DNA of 64,000 nt. Source: an uncultured virus (IMG/VR IMGVR_UViG_3300027861_004723) (Duplodnaviria; Heunggongvirae; Uroviricota; Caudoviricetes). Numbering within the stretch: position 1 is the first letter of the stretch; the number at the start of each line of letters is the position of its first letter. Made by a program: the position numbers and the translations under genes. The notes beneath the pieces are model-generated. The model had not been told where the DNA came from and ran no database searches. It saw nothing but the letters and a program-made list of their open reading frames with translations. Positions 9,215 to 18,874 of the stretch are shown piece after piece. Location of the stretch: IMG/VR virus record IMGVR_UViG_3300027861_004723; one strand, given 5' to 3'.

Positions 9215-10208
9215 TAAAACCCTCCCGCAACCACTCTTGTAATTGGTCTTTGAGACTGAAGTAATATAGAGCTAGGGTGTAGTGCCCTGTGGGAAACAAT
9301 CTAGCTTCCGGACCACCGAGAGCATGATACAAGTTCCATTGGCAACTAGTCGGAACACTAGTATCATGCAAAGATATCATCATTTTTATCTTTCTGGTAT
9401 CTACGGCCCTTGCAGCCCGTATGATGTCGAAGTCCAGCTTTTCTATATCTCTATAAAGTGTTTCTGATGAGCCCATTTCTCTACCGGGGTATTTTTTAGA
9501 TAAATAGTCAGCATACTGCTTAATCAGCGCATTCCTATTAAATATTACAAGGCTTTCCTGAGAACCCTTGAATATCTCACTGTTGCCTCCTCCGGCCATA
9601 ATAGCAACAGTGAGCACTGCATCCGGAAAGAGGCTAGCCGCACCCACCGCGTGTATGCCTCCCATGCTAATCCCCACAAAGGCATAACGGCCAGTTAGCT
9701 TGGGTTGATCTGGTATCCAGTGATATATTATTCTACCAACACCCCTAGCTAATGCTGCATTATACTCATCATAGCTCTTTTCCTTCCCGCCATCAGGCAA
9801 AACCGGTCGCACCCAGGCCTTACTTAAGAAGTTTTCTTGTTTTACAATAATGCAGTCAAAACCGGCATCTAGAATCATCCCAGCAGCCATGCCAGAAACT
9901 ACGCCGCCCGCGTCATTGAGAATTCGATAGACAAAAACCACTTCATGTTTTTCCTCAGGTCGTAGCTTAGACCGACGATATTCAAAGTTCAGTATTTCAG
10001 CACCAACCGTAACAGTGCCCTCTCTTACACCGTCTTCTTCTTTTTCAAATTCGAAGGCTGGGATATCAGCAGTAACGTCAGTCTTGGCCAGCATCCGAGC
10101 AGGCCATCTCACTGGATTTCTAGGATTGGGATTTTGTTGAATCAAGGTGGTGCATCCAGTTAAAAGTGCCAGAGGTATCGCTAATGCAAAAATAAAAACA
10201 TTCTTCAT
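9201..10208 (-). CDS. Lipoprotein alpha/beta hydrolase
   Basis: Lipobox LLTGC; GISMGG nucleophile elbow; HDTSVP (Asp) and TGHY (His). Confidence 0.8.
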   Translation of the reverse strand: MKNVFIFALAIPLALLTGCTTLIQQNPNPRNPVRWPARMLAKTDVTADIPAFEFEKEEDGVREGTVTVGAEILNFEYRRSKLRPEEKHEVVFVYRILNDAGGVVSGMAAGMILDAGFDCIIVKQENFLSKAWVRPVLPDGGKEKSYDEYNAALARGVGRIIYHWIPDQPKLTGRYAFVGISMGGIHAVGAASLFPDAVLTVAIMAGGGNSEIFKGSQESLVIFNRNALIKQYADYLSKKYPGREMGSSETLYRDIEKLDFDIIRAARAVDTRKIKMMISLHDTSVPTSCQWNLYHALGGPEARLFPTGHYTLALYYFSLKDQLQEWLREGFSGRS

Positions 10209-10228
10209 AGATCAATGATATCACAAAT

Positions 10229-10272
10229 CCTCAATTTTTCTAGGGCTAGGCTAAAGGCTAGAAAATTTGAGG
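10229..10272. repeat. 15-bp inverted repeat (1 mismatch), 14-nt loop; probable terminator
   Basis: cctcaatttttctag ... ctagaaaatttgagg. Confidence 0.7.
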
Positions 10273-10285
10273 TTTTGATCATTTA

Positions 10286-10540
10286 CTACTTACCCCCACA
10301 CTGACACCCATACCGCAACAAATCCACTCCATCGCAGCAGCATTTGTTTTCTATCTCACAAAGTTGGCACTTTTTGGGATTGGGTTCTGGGTCATGCAAG
10401 CCTGGTTGCCACCTTAGAACATGGGCATTTCTTTTTGAATCACACATTTTCCACCTAACTTCATTCCTTCTTACCTTATTGTGGTAATGATACATTGCTA
10501 TATTGCTTGTATGGTAATATGGCATTTTTCTATCGCTCAT
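10286..10540 (-). CDS. Hypothetical protein with C-terminal CxC-x8-GCxCGG module
   Basis: TAATG-coupled start; ends KCCCDGVDLLRYGCQCGGK. Confidence 0.75.
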   Translation of the reverse strand: MSDRKMPYYHTSNIAMYHYHNKVRRNEVRWKMCDSKRNAHVLRWQPGLHDPEPNPKKCQLCEIENKCCCDGVDLLRYGCQCGGK

Positions 10541-11052
10541 TATTTCCCTTTCCAAACACTAAGTATCTTATCCATAACTCTGCGAACAGCCTTAGCCGAT
10601 TTGCTTTGCTTGAATTGATATTGTTTTATAGCCTCTTTAGCCTTTTCCTCTGCAGCCTTGCAGTTTTTACAATTAGGAACACTAACAGGAACCTCGCGCT
10701 TGACCTTAATGACGCGTTTTTCCACAACTTCAGCCATGGCCTTCTTAGCAGCTTCAGCTACTTCTTCTTGCAGATCACGAGGTATCTTTGTCTTTAACAT
10801 GCTATACAGTTCTCTGCTCAGATGAGGCAGGAAAACCGGCATAACGTCAAGCCCCCGAAGTGTTTTCCAAAGTCGCATGTGGGATTGCACGTCACCCCTT
10901 TCGCTAAAATAGCCTGGTCCCCGCTCTCCATTTCCATTGAAGATGTTTGTTAAGATATTCTTCTGTTCTCCTCTATTGTCTACTCCGTATTGTCCTGGGA
11001 TATCCCAAGACTTGCTGTGGTTTGTTTTTCCGTCACGTTTAGGCGCGTGCAT
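10540..11052 (-). CDS. Hypothetical protein
   Basis: GGGAG SD; 170-aa ORF within a minus-strand operon. Confidence 0.7.
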   Translation of the reverse strand: MHAPKRDGKTNHSKSWDIPGQYGVDNRGEQKNILTNIFNGNGERGPGYFSERGDVQSHMRLWKTLRGLDVMPVFLPHLSRELYSMLKTKIPRDLQEEVAEAAKKAMAEVVEKRVIKVKREVPVSVPNCKNCKAAEEKAKEAIKQYQFKQSKSAKAVRRVMDKILSVWKGK

Positions 11053-11142
11053 ATTTTCTCCCTTGAACCACCGGGTAGCGGGAACAGATTTTTAGCCCTG
11101 CCCCGGCCACCGGGTAGTATTTTCCTCGTTAAAGGTTATTTT

Positions 11143-11631
11143 TTAGCTATCTAGATTTTGTGCAGCAAGATGATCATCTCTGATATCTTCTAGCAACTGA
11201 CGAAACTCTTTCGCATCTAGTTTCTTTTCGATGCGATCTTCTGTTTCAAGGTGCCAACCCTGATCACGAGAAGCTTTATCAAGTTTCTCAGCCAGATCAA
11301 TGTGATCTCGCCAGTGAAGTTTCCACATTTTAAGCAGTGGCTTCCATTGCCTAACCACTTCTTCGGGTTCCACCTCGTTAGCTCTGAAAACTTTACAGAC
11401 ATCACGGGCTAGTAACCTTGGTAAACCGCAGTTCTCCAGTTCTTCCCAACGAATCTGTCTAATGAATTCATCAGCTACACCACCGAGTTTGACTAGCTTT
11501 TCTATAAAACGTTCGTCATTGACCGGTTTAGGCTTTTTAATACCTTTAGGCAGCGTTATATCTGCTAACTTGGCATTGTATTCTTTGACTAGGCGACAAG
11601 CCTTCCAAAGTTTATCGCTATATAGTCCCAT
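11143..11631 (-). CDS. Hypothetical protein, paralog of 11632..11913
   Basis: FIEKLVKLGG...EELENCGLPRLLARDVCKVFR. Confidence 0.75.
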   Translation of the reverse strand: MGLYSDKLWKACRLVKEYNAKLADITLPKGIKKPKPVNDERFIEKLVKLGGVADEFIRQIRWEELENCGLPRLLARDVCKVFRANEVEPEEVVRQWKPLLKMWKLHWRDHIDLAEKLDKASRDQGWHLETEDRIEKKLDAKEFRQLLEDIRDDHLAAQNLDS

Positions 11632-11913
11632 TTATAGCTCCTCCAAACTTCGTGTTGGGCTCTTAAAAATTTCTGCAAGCCTTCGTGCCATTAGCACGGG
11701 AAGCCCACAAACTTCTTCAAGATCCTTTGCGGTAGTCCTAGCCAACATTTCACTGGAAGTTCCGCCCATAGCAATAAGTTTAGCTACAAATTCCTCATAA
11801 ACGACACGAGTATCATCGGGGCAGGGTTTTCTGAGATAGTTATGGGTATCAATGAGGCGCTTCGCCTCGCTTAGTTCGTGCTGATATACAGCATCATTCG
11901 TCTTAGTAGACAT
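11632..11913 (-). CDS. Hypothetical protein, paralog of 11143..11631
   Basis: FVAKLIAMGG...DLEEVCGLPVLMARRLAEIFK; GAGGAG SD. Confidence 0.75.
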   Translation of the reverse strand: MSTKTNDAVYQHELSEAKRLIDTHNYLRKPCPDDTRVVYEEFVAKLIAMGGTSSEMLARTTAKDLEEVCGLPVLMARRLAEIFKSPTRSLEEL

Positions 11914-12075
11914 ATATTCTCCTCTCTACTACTCCCGAAGATCCGACTGAATCTTCTAGGCATCTTCACAATAACCCTTGTCCAAGAAAAGATCAAGATT
12001 AAAATGAGAAAAATCTAGAAATAAACTCTAAAAGTTCAGCCACCGACCCCACCCATCTTTTTGATAGAATACAGT

Positions 12076-15000
12076 ATGCGATCACGACAACCTACCTATA
12101 TCATTAACGCAGATACTATAACCAAAGACCAAGTAGCCCAATACTTGGCTAATGCGGGTGTACTCAATGCTTTAGATGATCTGGATCATGCTTACCGATC
12201 AAATCCGCCGTCTGATTACCAAGAAAGCAGAGAGACAAACGAAAGAATGACGCGTTTGCGATTACTGGGCATAATGTTTAAACAAGCCCGAGGGCTGGGA
12301 TGGAACATACCCTTTTCTTGGGATCCCCTTCAAGGGCAGCACCCGCGAAGAGGCAAGCCAGACCAAACTCCTTACGATCTTACTGACCCTCGCCAACTAA
12401 ATACCGGGGATATATTAAAGCTGCTACAAAACCAAGCGATTATTCTGCAACATGCAGCTCCAGTTACTACCTGCAAAGACATAAAAGGCAGAGAATTCGA
12501 ATTCAAGATGCATCTTCTGCAACTAGGGAAACCAGACAATATTTATTGGGGCATTCCTGGGCTTTACGATGTCAAGTTTAGCAAAAGAACTGATAAGAAG
12601 GTTTACGAGTATTACTTGTACGATGCGACTGGGCGAAAACGCATTATTAAGAGGTCACCTAAGGCTCTACGGCCCAAAGAGATTGGCTGCGGCCCGGATA
12701 CCTCCCTTTCGATTTCTCATAACTGGCAAAAATTAGATAAAAAACTAGATTTAAAAGCTTTTGCATTACATGAAGGGCACAGCTGGCCCGTCCCCTTTCT
12801 CCCTAAAAGTTGGGACCCTTTTGATGAAGAAACCCCAGATGAAGATTCTGCAAAAGGCGACTTACTATCACAACATTTTTATAACGGTTTTGTCCTATTC
12901 CATGCTCCCAGAGCAATTGAAATTGTGGCTACCATCGAGCGGCCTAGCTTAAAAGATATTGATGAATCTGAAAATGCAACAGTAGAGGGTAAGACAGTTT
13001 TGCCCAATGGTAAAATGCCACCAGACAAACTCCCTCTCAATTTCAAGAGTAAACGCAATAAATACGAATGGCAGAAACTAGCCTTAAAGAGGTGGTGGGA
13101 ATCTAAAATCACTTTTGATGACGAAGATATAGGCCCCCATGATGAGTTAAAGGATGGGTGGACAGGAGGTCTAATAGAAGCTTGCACTGGAGCCGGAAAG
13201 ACTAGATTCTGTTTCGATGCTATCGAGAAAGTTCTAAAGCAGAAAAAATACAAGAATACCCGTATTAGCATCGTCGTCCCAACACAGGTTCTGCTCGATC
13301 AATGGCATGAAGAAGCAGTAACTAGATTTGGTACCCTTGAAGATATTAAAAAACTAGAATTACCAGCAAAAGAAACAAAAGAACTAGTTACAGCTAGAAA
13401 AAAAAATAAAGTTAGCATAGAAGGAATTTCTCGGCACGGGGCTGGTCATGATGAACCAGCTGGTCAGCTTTCTATATGGGTTATTAATACTGCCTCGGTA
13501 GAGCTACCTGTAGCAGACAGGCAGCACCCGCACCTAGTTGATAAATATCCCTACCACTTTTTAATTGTTGATGAGGTTCACAGAAGTGTAGCCCCTAGCC
13601 GCCGACAAATTTATGATTTCACAGGTAGCACACATCCATTTTGGAAGAGTGCTAAGTTCCTGTTTCCGGAATTTAGATTAGGCGTAACCGCAACCTTACC
13701 TAAAGATGAAAAGAAATTTGATCTTTTGTGGCGATCTGTGGGGCCCCTTCTTTGCCAATACCGATACGCTGACGCCATAAAGAAAGGCAATATCCCTGAT
13801 TTCAAACTTCGTTATCTAGAGACCGGATTAACCGGAGGGGAAACAAGCATTTATTCTGAACTTACTGATAAAATTGCAGCACAGATAGGTAAGGTCAAAA
13901 AAGAAGAAGCTCTAGGAGAAGATAGTATCCCCTCTAATATCCCGGACAGATGGGTAGCACAGTATAAAGAAGAGCAAGGAGATCCGCCAGAAAAGCAAAA
14001 ACTTAAATTCCTAGGCGGAGCCCGCGCTCGTATTTACTGGTCAGCAAGCAATCGCCTCGCCTGTGCCCTGGATTTGATCCGAACTAAAGTAGCAGAGGGT
14101 AAGAAGGTTCTAGTTTTCCACAAGAGCATCGACGGAGCAACCGCACTTTACAATGCTTTGCATAAGGGATTAAATTATGGGCACGACAATGTTCCCCACA
14201 TATCCGCAGGTCTTTATCACAGCCAAAACCCCATCGGAGTAAATGAAGCCTTTTTAGAGGCCTTCAGAAGACCTCTAGACGGGTCGGAGGGACCACCAGT
14301 ACAGGTTTTGGTTAGTGTCCAATCTCTCTTGGAAGGGCTAAATGTTCCAGATGCTGACGTAGCTGTAGCTGTATCGGCAGATAAAAGCCAGATCAAAGCC
14401 ATACAAAGCCTTGGCCGAGTCCTACGCAACAAAAAAGGTTCTAAGGAGAAAAAAGAGTTCTACTTTATTACTGTTAGGTGGGGCGACAAGATTACCGACT
14501 CTATGCGTTGGAGCCTCCCAGAAAATGAGCAGAATCAACTAACAGGCGATGAATACATTAAGTACAATTTTGAATCCAGTCTCCGTGATGAAGAAAATAA
14601 ATTTGTTATCGACCCCCCAGAAACACTATTATGCGGGGACCTCTACAACCATCAAGAAGGAGAAATAGAGGAGCTTCATAAGCAATGCGGACTAATGAGC
14701 TACGACACCCTACATGACCTAGCTAACGATAAAGCTATCCATTTTTTATCTGAGATAGGCAGGGATGGTTCTTATATACCCACACTCACAAGAAGTAGAT
14801 TACGAAAAGCACTAATCGCGTATAACGATGAAATAGAAAAAGAGCCTGGAGATGGTTCAAATGCAGAAAAAATAGAAATATCTTTCCCTATACCCGCGTG
14901 GCCAGAATGGCTACTGGCTGATATGCCGCATCTCAAGGAAAAAGAACCAGAACATATAATAGAAGATGAGCCCGAAGCGCCTAGATCAAGAAAACCAAGA

Positions 15001-15120
15001 AAACCAAAATCAGATCGCCGCAAAGGCAGCATCAAAAAGCTCCGAGAAAAATCCGGAAAAACACAGAAGAAAGTTCGTAGAGCTAAAAAGAAAGAACCAG
15101 AAAATCCCTGGGGAATTTAA
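12076..15120 (+). CDS. Superfamily 2 (DExH) helicase
   Basis: EACTGAGKT, DEVH, GVTAT, LLEGLNVPD, IQSLGRVLR; TTTGaTAGAAT-5nt-ATG. Confidence 0.9.
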   Translation: MRSRQPTYIINADTITKDQVAQYLANAGVLNALDDLDHAYRSNPPSDYQESRETNERMTRLRLLGIMFKQARGLGWNIPFSWDPLQGQHPRRGKPDQTPYDLTDPRQLNTGDILKLLQNQAIILQHAAPVTTCKDIKGREFEFKMHLLQLGKPDNIYWGIPGLYDVKFSKRTDKKVYEYYLYDATGRKRIIKRSPKALRPKEIGCGPDTSLSISHNWQKLDKKLDLKAFALHEGHSWPVPFLPKSWDPFDEETPDEDSAKGDLLSQHFYNGFVLFHAPRAIEIVATIERPSLKDIDESENATVEGKTVLPNGKMPPDKLPLNFKSKRNKYEWQKLALKRWWESKITFDDEDIGPHDELKDGWTGGLIEACTGAGKTRFCFDAIEKVLKQKKYKNTRISIVVPTQVLLDQWHEEAVTRFGTLEDIKKLELPAKETKELVTARKKNKVSIEGISRHGAGHDEPAGQLSIWVINTASVELPVADRQHPHLVDKYPYHFLIVDEVHRSVAPSRRQIYDFTGSTHPFWKSAKFLFPEFRLGVTATLPKDEKKFDLLWRSVGPLLCQYRYADAIKKGNIPDFKLRYLETGLTGGETSIYSELTDKIAAQIGKVKKEEALGEDSIPSNIPDRWVAQYKEEQGDPPEKQKLKFLGGARARIYWSASNRLACALDLIRTKVAEGKKVLVFHKSIDGATALYNALHKGLNYGHDNVPHISAGLYHSQNPIGVNEAFLEAFRRPLDGSEGPPVQVLVSVQSLLEGLNVPDADVAVAVSADKSQIKAIQSLGRVLRNKKGSKEKKEFYFITVRWGDKITDSMRWSLPENEQNQLTGDEYIKYNFESSLRDEENKFVIDPPETLLCGDLYNHQEGEIEELHKQCGLMSYDTLHDLANDKAIHFLSEIGRDGSYIPTLTRSRLRKALIAYNDEIEKEPGDGSNAEKIEISFPIPAWPEWLLADMPHLKEKEPEHIIEDEPEAPRSRKPRKPKSDRRKGSIKKLREKSGKTQKKVRRAKKKEPENPWGI

Positions 15121-15821
15121 AGAAAAATAGCCATTAAAAAGGTTACTAACATGCTAACCGTAATAGGTATAGCCAGGTTATCATCCATTTCTTTGAGGTT
15201 TCGTTCTACTATTGCTGATGCCAGAGCCGGTATCCCGGCCATAACTAGAGCCATTTCACAAGACATACTGACCACAAACCAGGGAAATCCGATAGCTAAG
15301 CAAACAACAAAGAATCCCAAGGACCCAATCCAAGTTTTATTCCCCACACCCTTCTTGCCCCATCTAATTCCTACGTAACTAGCTACAGGATCACCAAAAG
15401 CTAGATATAAAAACCCTAGCATTGTGGCTATTTTAGGAAAGACAACTATACAAATGATAGCGCTAAGCAGGAACCAGCTAATACCGGACAATGAATGAAA
15501 TTCGTGCTTTCGCAATAGGAAGCTAAACGTATTTTGGATTAGCCAATTTAGATAAGGCACATGAAGTCGTAGCAAATCAAACCCAATACAGACCAGGGTA
15601 ACGATAGCCAGCGGAAATAATACTGTTTGCCAGGTCAGGCTACTCAGGCCATATACAAGCCCAAATAAACTAATACTGATCATATGAAACCAGCGACGTG
15701 TATTATTATTGTAGGAGGTATCTGTCTTATCTAGCTCCGGATCCTCTGCAACAGATAAGATGGTTTCCTCATTCGGTTCGGTTTTCAGCTCATCGTCTAT
15801 AAATAGCTCTGAATTATCCAT
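15117..15821 (-). CDS. CTP-dependent lipid kinase (dolichol/phytol/diacylglycerol kinase family)
   Basis: RRWFH, LRKHE, LAFGDPVASYVG, KTWIGS, DDNLAIP; multiple TM helices. Confidence 0.8.
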   Translation of the reverse strand: MDNSELFIDDELKTEPNEETILSVAEDPELDKTDTSYNNNTRRWFHMISISLFGLVYGLSSLTWQTVLFPLAIVTLVCIGFDLLRLHVPYLNWLIQNTFSFLLRKHEFHSLSGISWFLLSAIICIVVFPKIATMLGFLYLAFGDPVASYVGIRWGKKGVGNKTWIGSLGFFVVCLAIGFPWFVVSMSCEMALVMAGIPALASAIVERNLKEMDDNLAIPITVSMLVTFLMAIFL

Positions 15822-15921
15822 TCCTGTCATCGTAGCAAAGAAGGTGCCAAAGACCAACCCCATACAACAAAAGAGTTAGGAAGACCGCCCGTCAAAAAGT
15901 AAACACAAGCGTTGGTTGATC

Positions 15922-16488
15922 TTAGTATTCAAAACCAATAAGATAGATATTAGCTAAGAGCGTAGTTGCTGTAGCTCCAGTCACATTTATTTTTATTACT
16001 TCCGTTGCCAAGCTGTTTCTGGATTTAGAAAATACCAGCCAGTTACTCCAGACATCCCCTACAGTATCAAAATTTATCAGGGATTCCTGGGCGAAGATAT
16101 CGGTTTCGCCGCTGGCTATTCCTACGCTGATTTGTGGAACAACAGTCACAGTATCGGCAGCCGTGGCCTGGCAGAAAATCCCAAGAGTAAATCCCAGCTT
16201 ATATGACGGTGTAGTATACAAATTGAAAACCCCGGTTTGGGTTAAATCAAAGTTAGTTATAGATCCTAGAACATCAACAGGGGTATTAATCAATCTGTCT
16301 GGGGCTAGGGTTCTATATGCAAGTTGAGGAGAACGAAGCTGGGCAGCTGTTATTTGAATAAAACCCTCCAGACTAGGTCCTAGGGACGCTGAAGGTATTG
16401 CATCAATAAAACCATCTAGACTAGGGCCTATGGAAGCCGATGGTATTGTCTGAATAAAGCCGTCTAGGCTAGGTCCTAATGTGGGCAT
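15922..16488 (-). CDS. Virion structural-type protein with three 16-aa N-terminal repeats; paralog of 20327..20896
   Basis: (L/I)GPSL(D/E)GFI x3; DLTQTGVFNLYTTP domain shared with 18332, 20327 and 35965. Confidence 0.65.
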   Translation of the reverse strand: MPTLGPSLDGFIQTIPSASIGPSLDGFIDAIPSASLGPSLEGFIQITAAQLRSPQLAYRTLAPDRLINTPVDVLGSITNFDLTQTGVFNLYTTPSYKLGFTLGIFCQATAADTVTVVPQISVGIASGETDIFAQESLINFDTVGDVWSNWLVFSKSRNSLATEVIKINVTGATATTLLANIYLIGFEY

Positions 16489-16491
16489 ATT

Positions 16492-17958
16492 TTACGCCAA
16501 CGCTTCCGGCACTCGGGCAACTCTATTTGCAGTAGTTAAACCATCGGTCTGGACATCCCAAACGATGGTGTAAACAGTAGTGCCGTCCGCTGCGATTCCT
16601 TCCACTTGATTTGAACCTGTATTTAGAGTTGCTGATCCACCAGTAACAGGTAGAGCAAGAGTTGCTGGGAGAAGCTGTGGGGTTCCTTCTTGTGTATAGT
16701 GCAGTTTCATTTTTCTGCCAGTACCTCCGCCCCAAACAGTAAAGGTTATTTCCTCGCCCCCCACTACTCCGGTGCGTGAGAGGATTCTGATATCTAGCTC
16801 TCCTGCTGTGAAAATTCTTTCGCCGTAGTTAGGCAATCCAGTTGGGATTGCGTGGTATACGTTGCCGCCGCCTGAATCCACGACAGTCATCACTGATGTG
16901 TTGCCATTCCACTTGTAGACTGTGAAGCTGGTTCCTGACGTTCCATTCACCGCGTAGTAGAGGTAAATGTCAGTAGTACCTACAACGCTGTTGAGATCAT
17001 AGACCGGAAGCATTCGTTCATTATTGATGTTGGTGGTGCCCGAGTAAGTACCGCCACTAACCCCCGAGTGGCGCAGTGCTGCAGGTATACATCCCAATTC
17101 TGATATGTCTGTGCGGACAATGGACGTGTCCCACTCAAAGCCCAGGAACCCGTAGCCAAACTGGTTCGATAGACAAAGGGCGGTCAGCGTGGTGCCATCT
17201 GTGAAAAGCCCATACTTACCGATATTGGTGACCCCGGTGCTACCAGGCCCTGACGCGCCGCCAACATCGGAATCGAAGGACTCAACCAACACCCAAGAGC
17301 CCGTATATTCATAGAGCCCGAAGTTGTTGGCATTGTGCTCTGAAATGGCGAAGAGACGATCTTCAAAGACACACATCGAGTGGAGTTGGCGGTTACTAGG
17401 CCAGGCCGCTGTCTTGTTGGCAAAGGTGGTCGTCGCTGCATCAAATGTAGCCTGAGTAGTGGTGCCGTTGAATGCGCCTATCAAGTGGAGCACGTCGTGG
17501 TAGACAATCGCGTCAACGACACCCGTCATCGTGCCGACGAACTGTCCACTGACAGCTTGCGTCCATGATGTGCCGTCAAAGCAGGCCCACCATAAAGTGT
17601 TCGCGCCAGCGTTGCTGTCCCCCCCTATGGCGTAAAGGCTCGTCCCGATCACATACAGGCCAAAAGCCTGCTCGTAGATGCTATCGGCCTGAGTCCAAGC
17701 ATGCGCGATTGTCCACCCACCCGACATCGATGACGGGTCATCCTTCTTGTAGATCCCGTCTTCCGTCTGGGCATAGAGATCGCCAGCGAATTGAACACAA
17801 CCATTTCTGCCCGCGCTAAAGGTAGGGTTTGGGCCTGCGTGCGCCTGGTTATTACCGAACGTGTTTCCAATCTGAGTCGGCGTACCATTGGCATAGGAGT
17901 ATGCACGGCAAGTAGCCCCCGCTCCAGTTGTGCTGTCCATCACTAAAAAATTAGGCAT
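16492..17958 (-). CDS. Putative virion fibre/receptor-binding protein (beta-rich); paralog of 18875..20323
   Basis: AGGAG SD; MPNFLV; GERIFTAGELDI...MKLHYT conserved with the paralog. Confidence 0.65.
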   Translation of the reverse strand: MPNFLVMDSTTGAGATCRAYSYANGTPTQIGNTFGNNQAHAGPNPTFSAGRNGCVQFAGDLYAQTEDGIYKKDDPSSMSGGWTIAHAWTQADSIYEQAFGLYVIGTSLYAIGGDSNAGANTLWWACFDGTSWTQAVSGQFVGTMTGVVDAIVYHDVLHLIGAFNGTTTQATFDAATTTFANKTAAWPSNRQLHSMCVFEDRLFAISEHNANNFGLYEYTGSWVLVESFDSDVGGASGPGSTGVTNIGKYGLFTDGTTLTALCLSNQFGYGFLGFEWDTSIVRTDISELGCIPAALRHSGVSGGTYSGTTNINNERMLPVYDLNSVVGTTDIYLYYAVNGTSGTSFTVYKWNGNTSVMTVVDSGGGNVYHAIPTGLPNYGERIFTAGELDIRILSRTGVVGGEEITFTVWGGGTGRKMKLHYTQEGTPQLLPATLALPVTGGSATLNTGSNQVEGIAADGTTVYTIVWDVQTDGLTTANRVARVPEALA

Positions 17959-18138
17959 TATGTCTCCTACCTAAAGTATATTAAATATGGCAGTAACCCA
18001 CAACAAATATTATGCTCAACTTAGTTGATAACCAAGAAACAGCACATCTAGTTCCCGAATTCATCTAACCAGAACCACTCTTAGGATTATAGATTATGTC
18101 TGGGTACAGATTAGGCTAAAAATTGCTATCATGTAGGC

Positions 18139-18330
18139 ATGGCTAGAATTAAAATTACCTATGAGCATCCACCCGGATCAGGACAAACAGGTTGCGCAAG
18201 AGAGTTTGACCTTGATTACGTAATACCAAGCAACCGAGGCCCTTTACGTGCCGATGATGTTGTGGCTGGTGACCGCCTTGAAACGGCCCCTACATGCAAA
18301 TGCTTAGTCTTAGCTGTGGAGGTAGTGTAA
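18139..18330 (+). CDS. Hypothetical protein
   Basis: TTGcTATCAT-6nt-ATG; coupled to the next gene. Confidence 0.65.
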   Translation: MARIKITYEHPPGSGQTGCAREFDLDYVIPSNRGPLRADDVVAGDRLETAPTCKCLVLAVEVV

Positions 18331-18331
18331 T

Positions 18332-18760
18332 ATGGCAATTCTGCGAGGAGCCCAGTTTGCAGAACGAGGAATAGCCTTAGATAGATTCGCTGATCCTCTT
18401 GCAGCCATTTTAACTGTATTTGAGGATTTAGATTTAACTGCTACATCAACAACAACTATTTACACTGTTCCTACAGGAAAAACAGCTATTATACTAGGCT
18501 GCCTACTCAGAATAAAAAGTGCAAACACAGTGACCGTCGATGCAGCAGCTAGCTTAGGTATCAACCCCTCTACTACAGATTTATTTGCGGCAGAAACTTT
18601 AGTAGGAGTTCAAAGTATTAGCGATGTTTGGAGTTTCTGGAAAGATACATCTGGGGGTTTAGTTGCTAATAGTGCCGATTTAGTTGATCTTGATGTCTCA
18701 GTAGCTGCTACCGCAACAACCCTAACCTGCGATGTCTTTGTTATAGGATTACTTATTTAG
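18332..18760 (+). CDS. Virion structural-type protein (stand-alone DLT..YTVP domain)
   Basis: GGAGG SD; DLTATSTTTIYTVPTGKTAII...VIGLLI. Confidence 0.65.
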   Translation: MAILRGAQFAERGIALDRFADPLAAILTVFEDLDLTATSTTTIYTVPTGKTAIILGCLLRIKSANTVTVDAAASLGINPSTTDLFAAETLVGVQSISDVWSFWKDTSGGLVANSADLVDLDVSVAATATTLTCDVFVIGLLI

Positions 18761-18874
18761 CATCCCCCTCAAGTTGCATATAGAACTAAGCTCCAGATTA
18801 TAACTTCAAAATGGATATAGCTTAAAATTGTTGTGGTAAACAGTCTAATTTAATATACTTAATTAGGAGATACA

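Noticed and set aside
17987..18068. Short ORF MAVTHNKYYAQLS*, possibly frameshifted, in the gap between the divergent cassettes
   Set aside because: Too short, the -10 spacing does not fit the 6-nt pattern, and there is no supporting motif.
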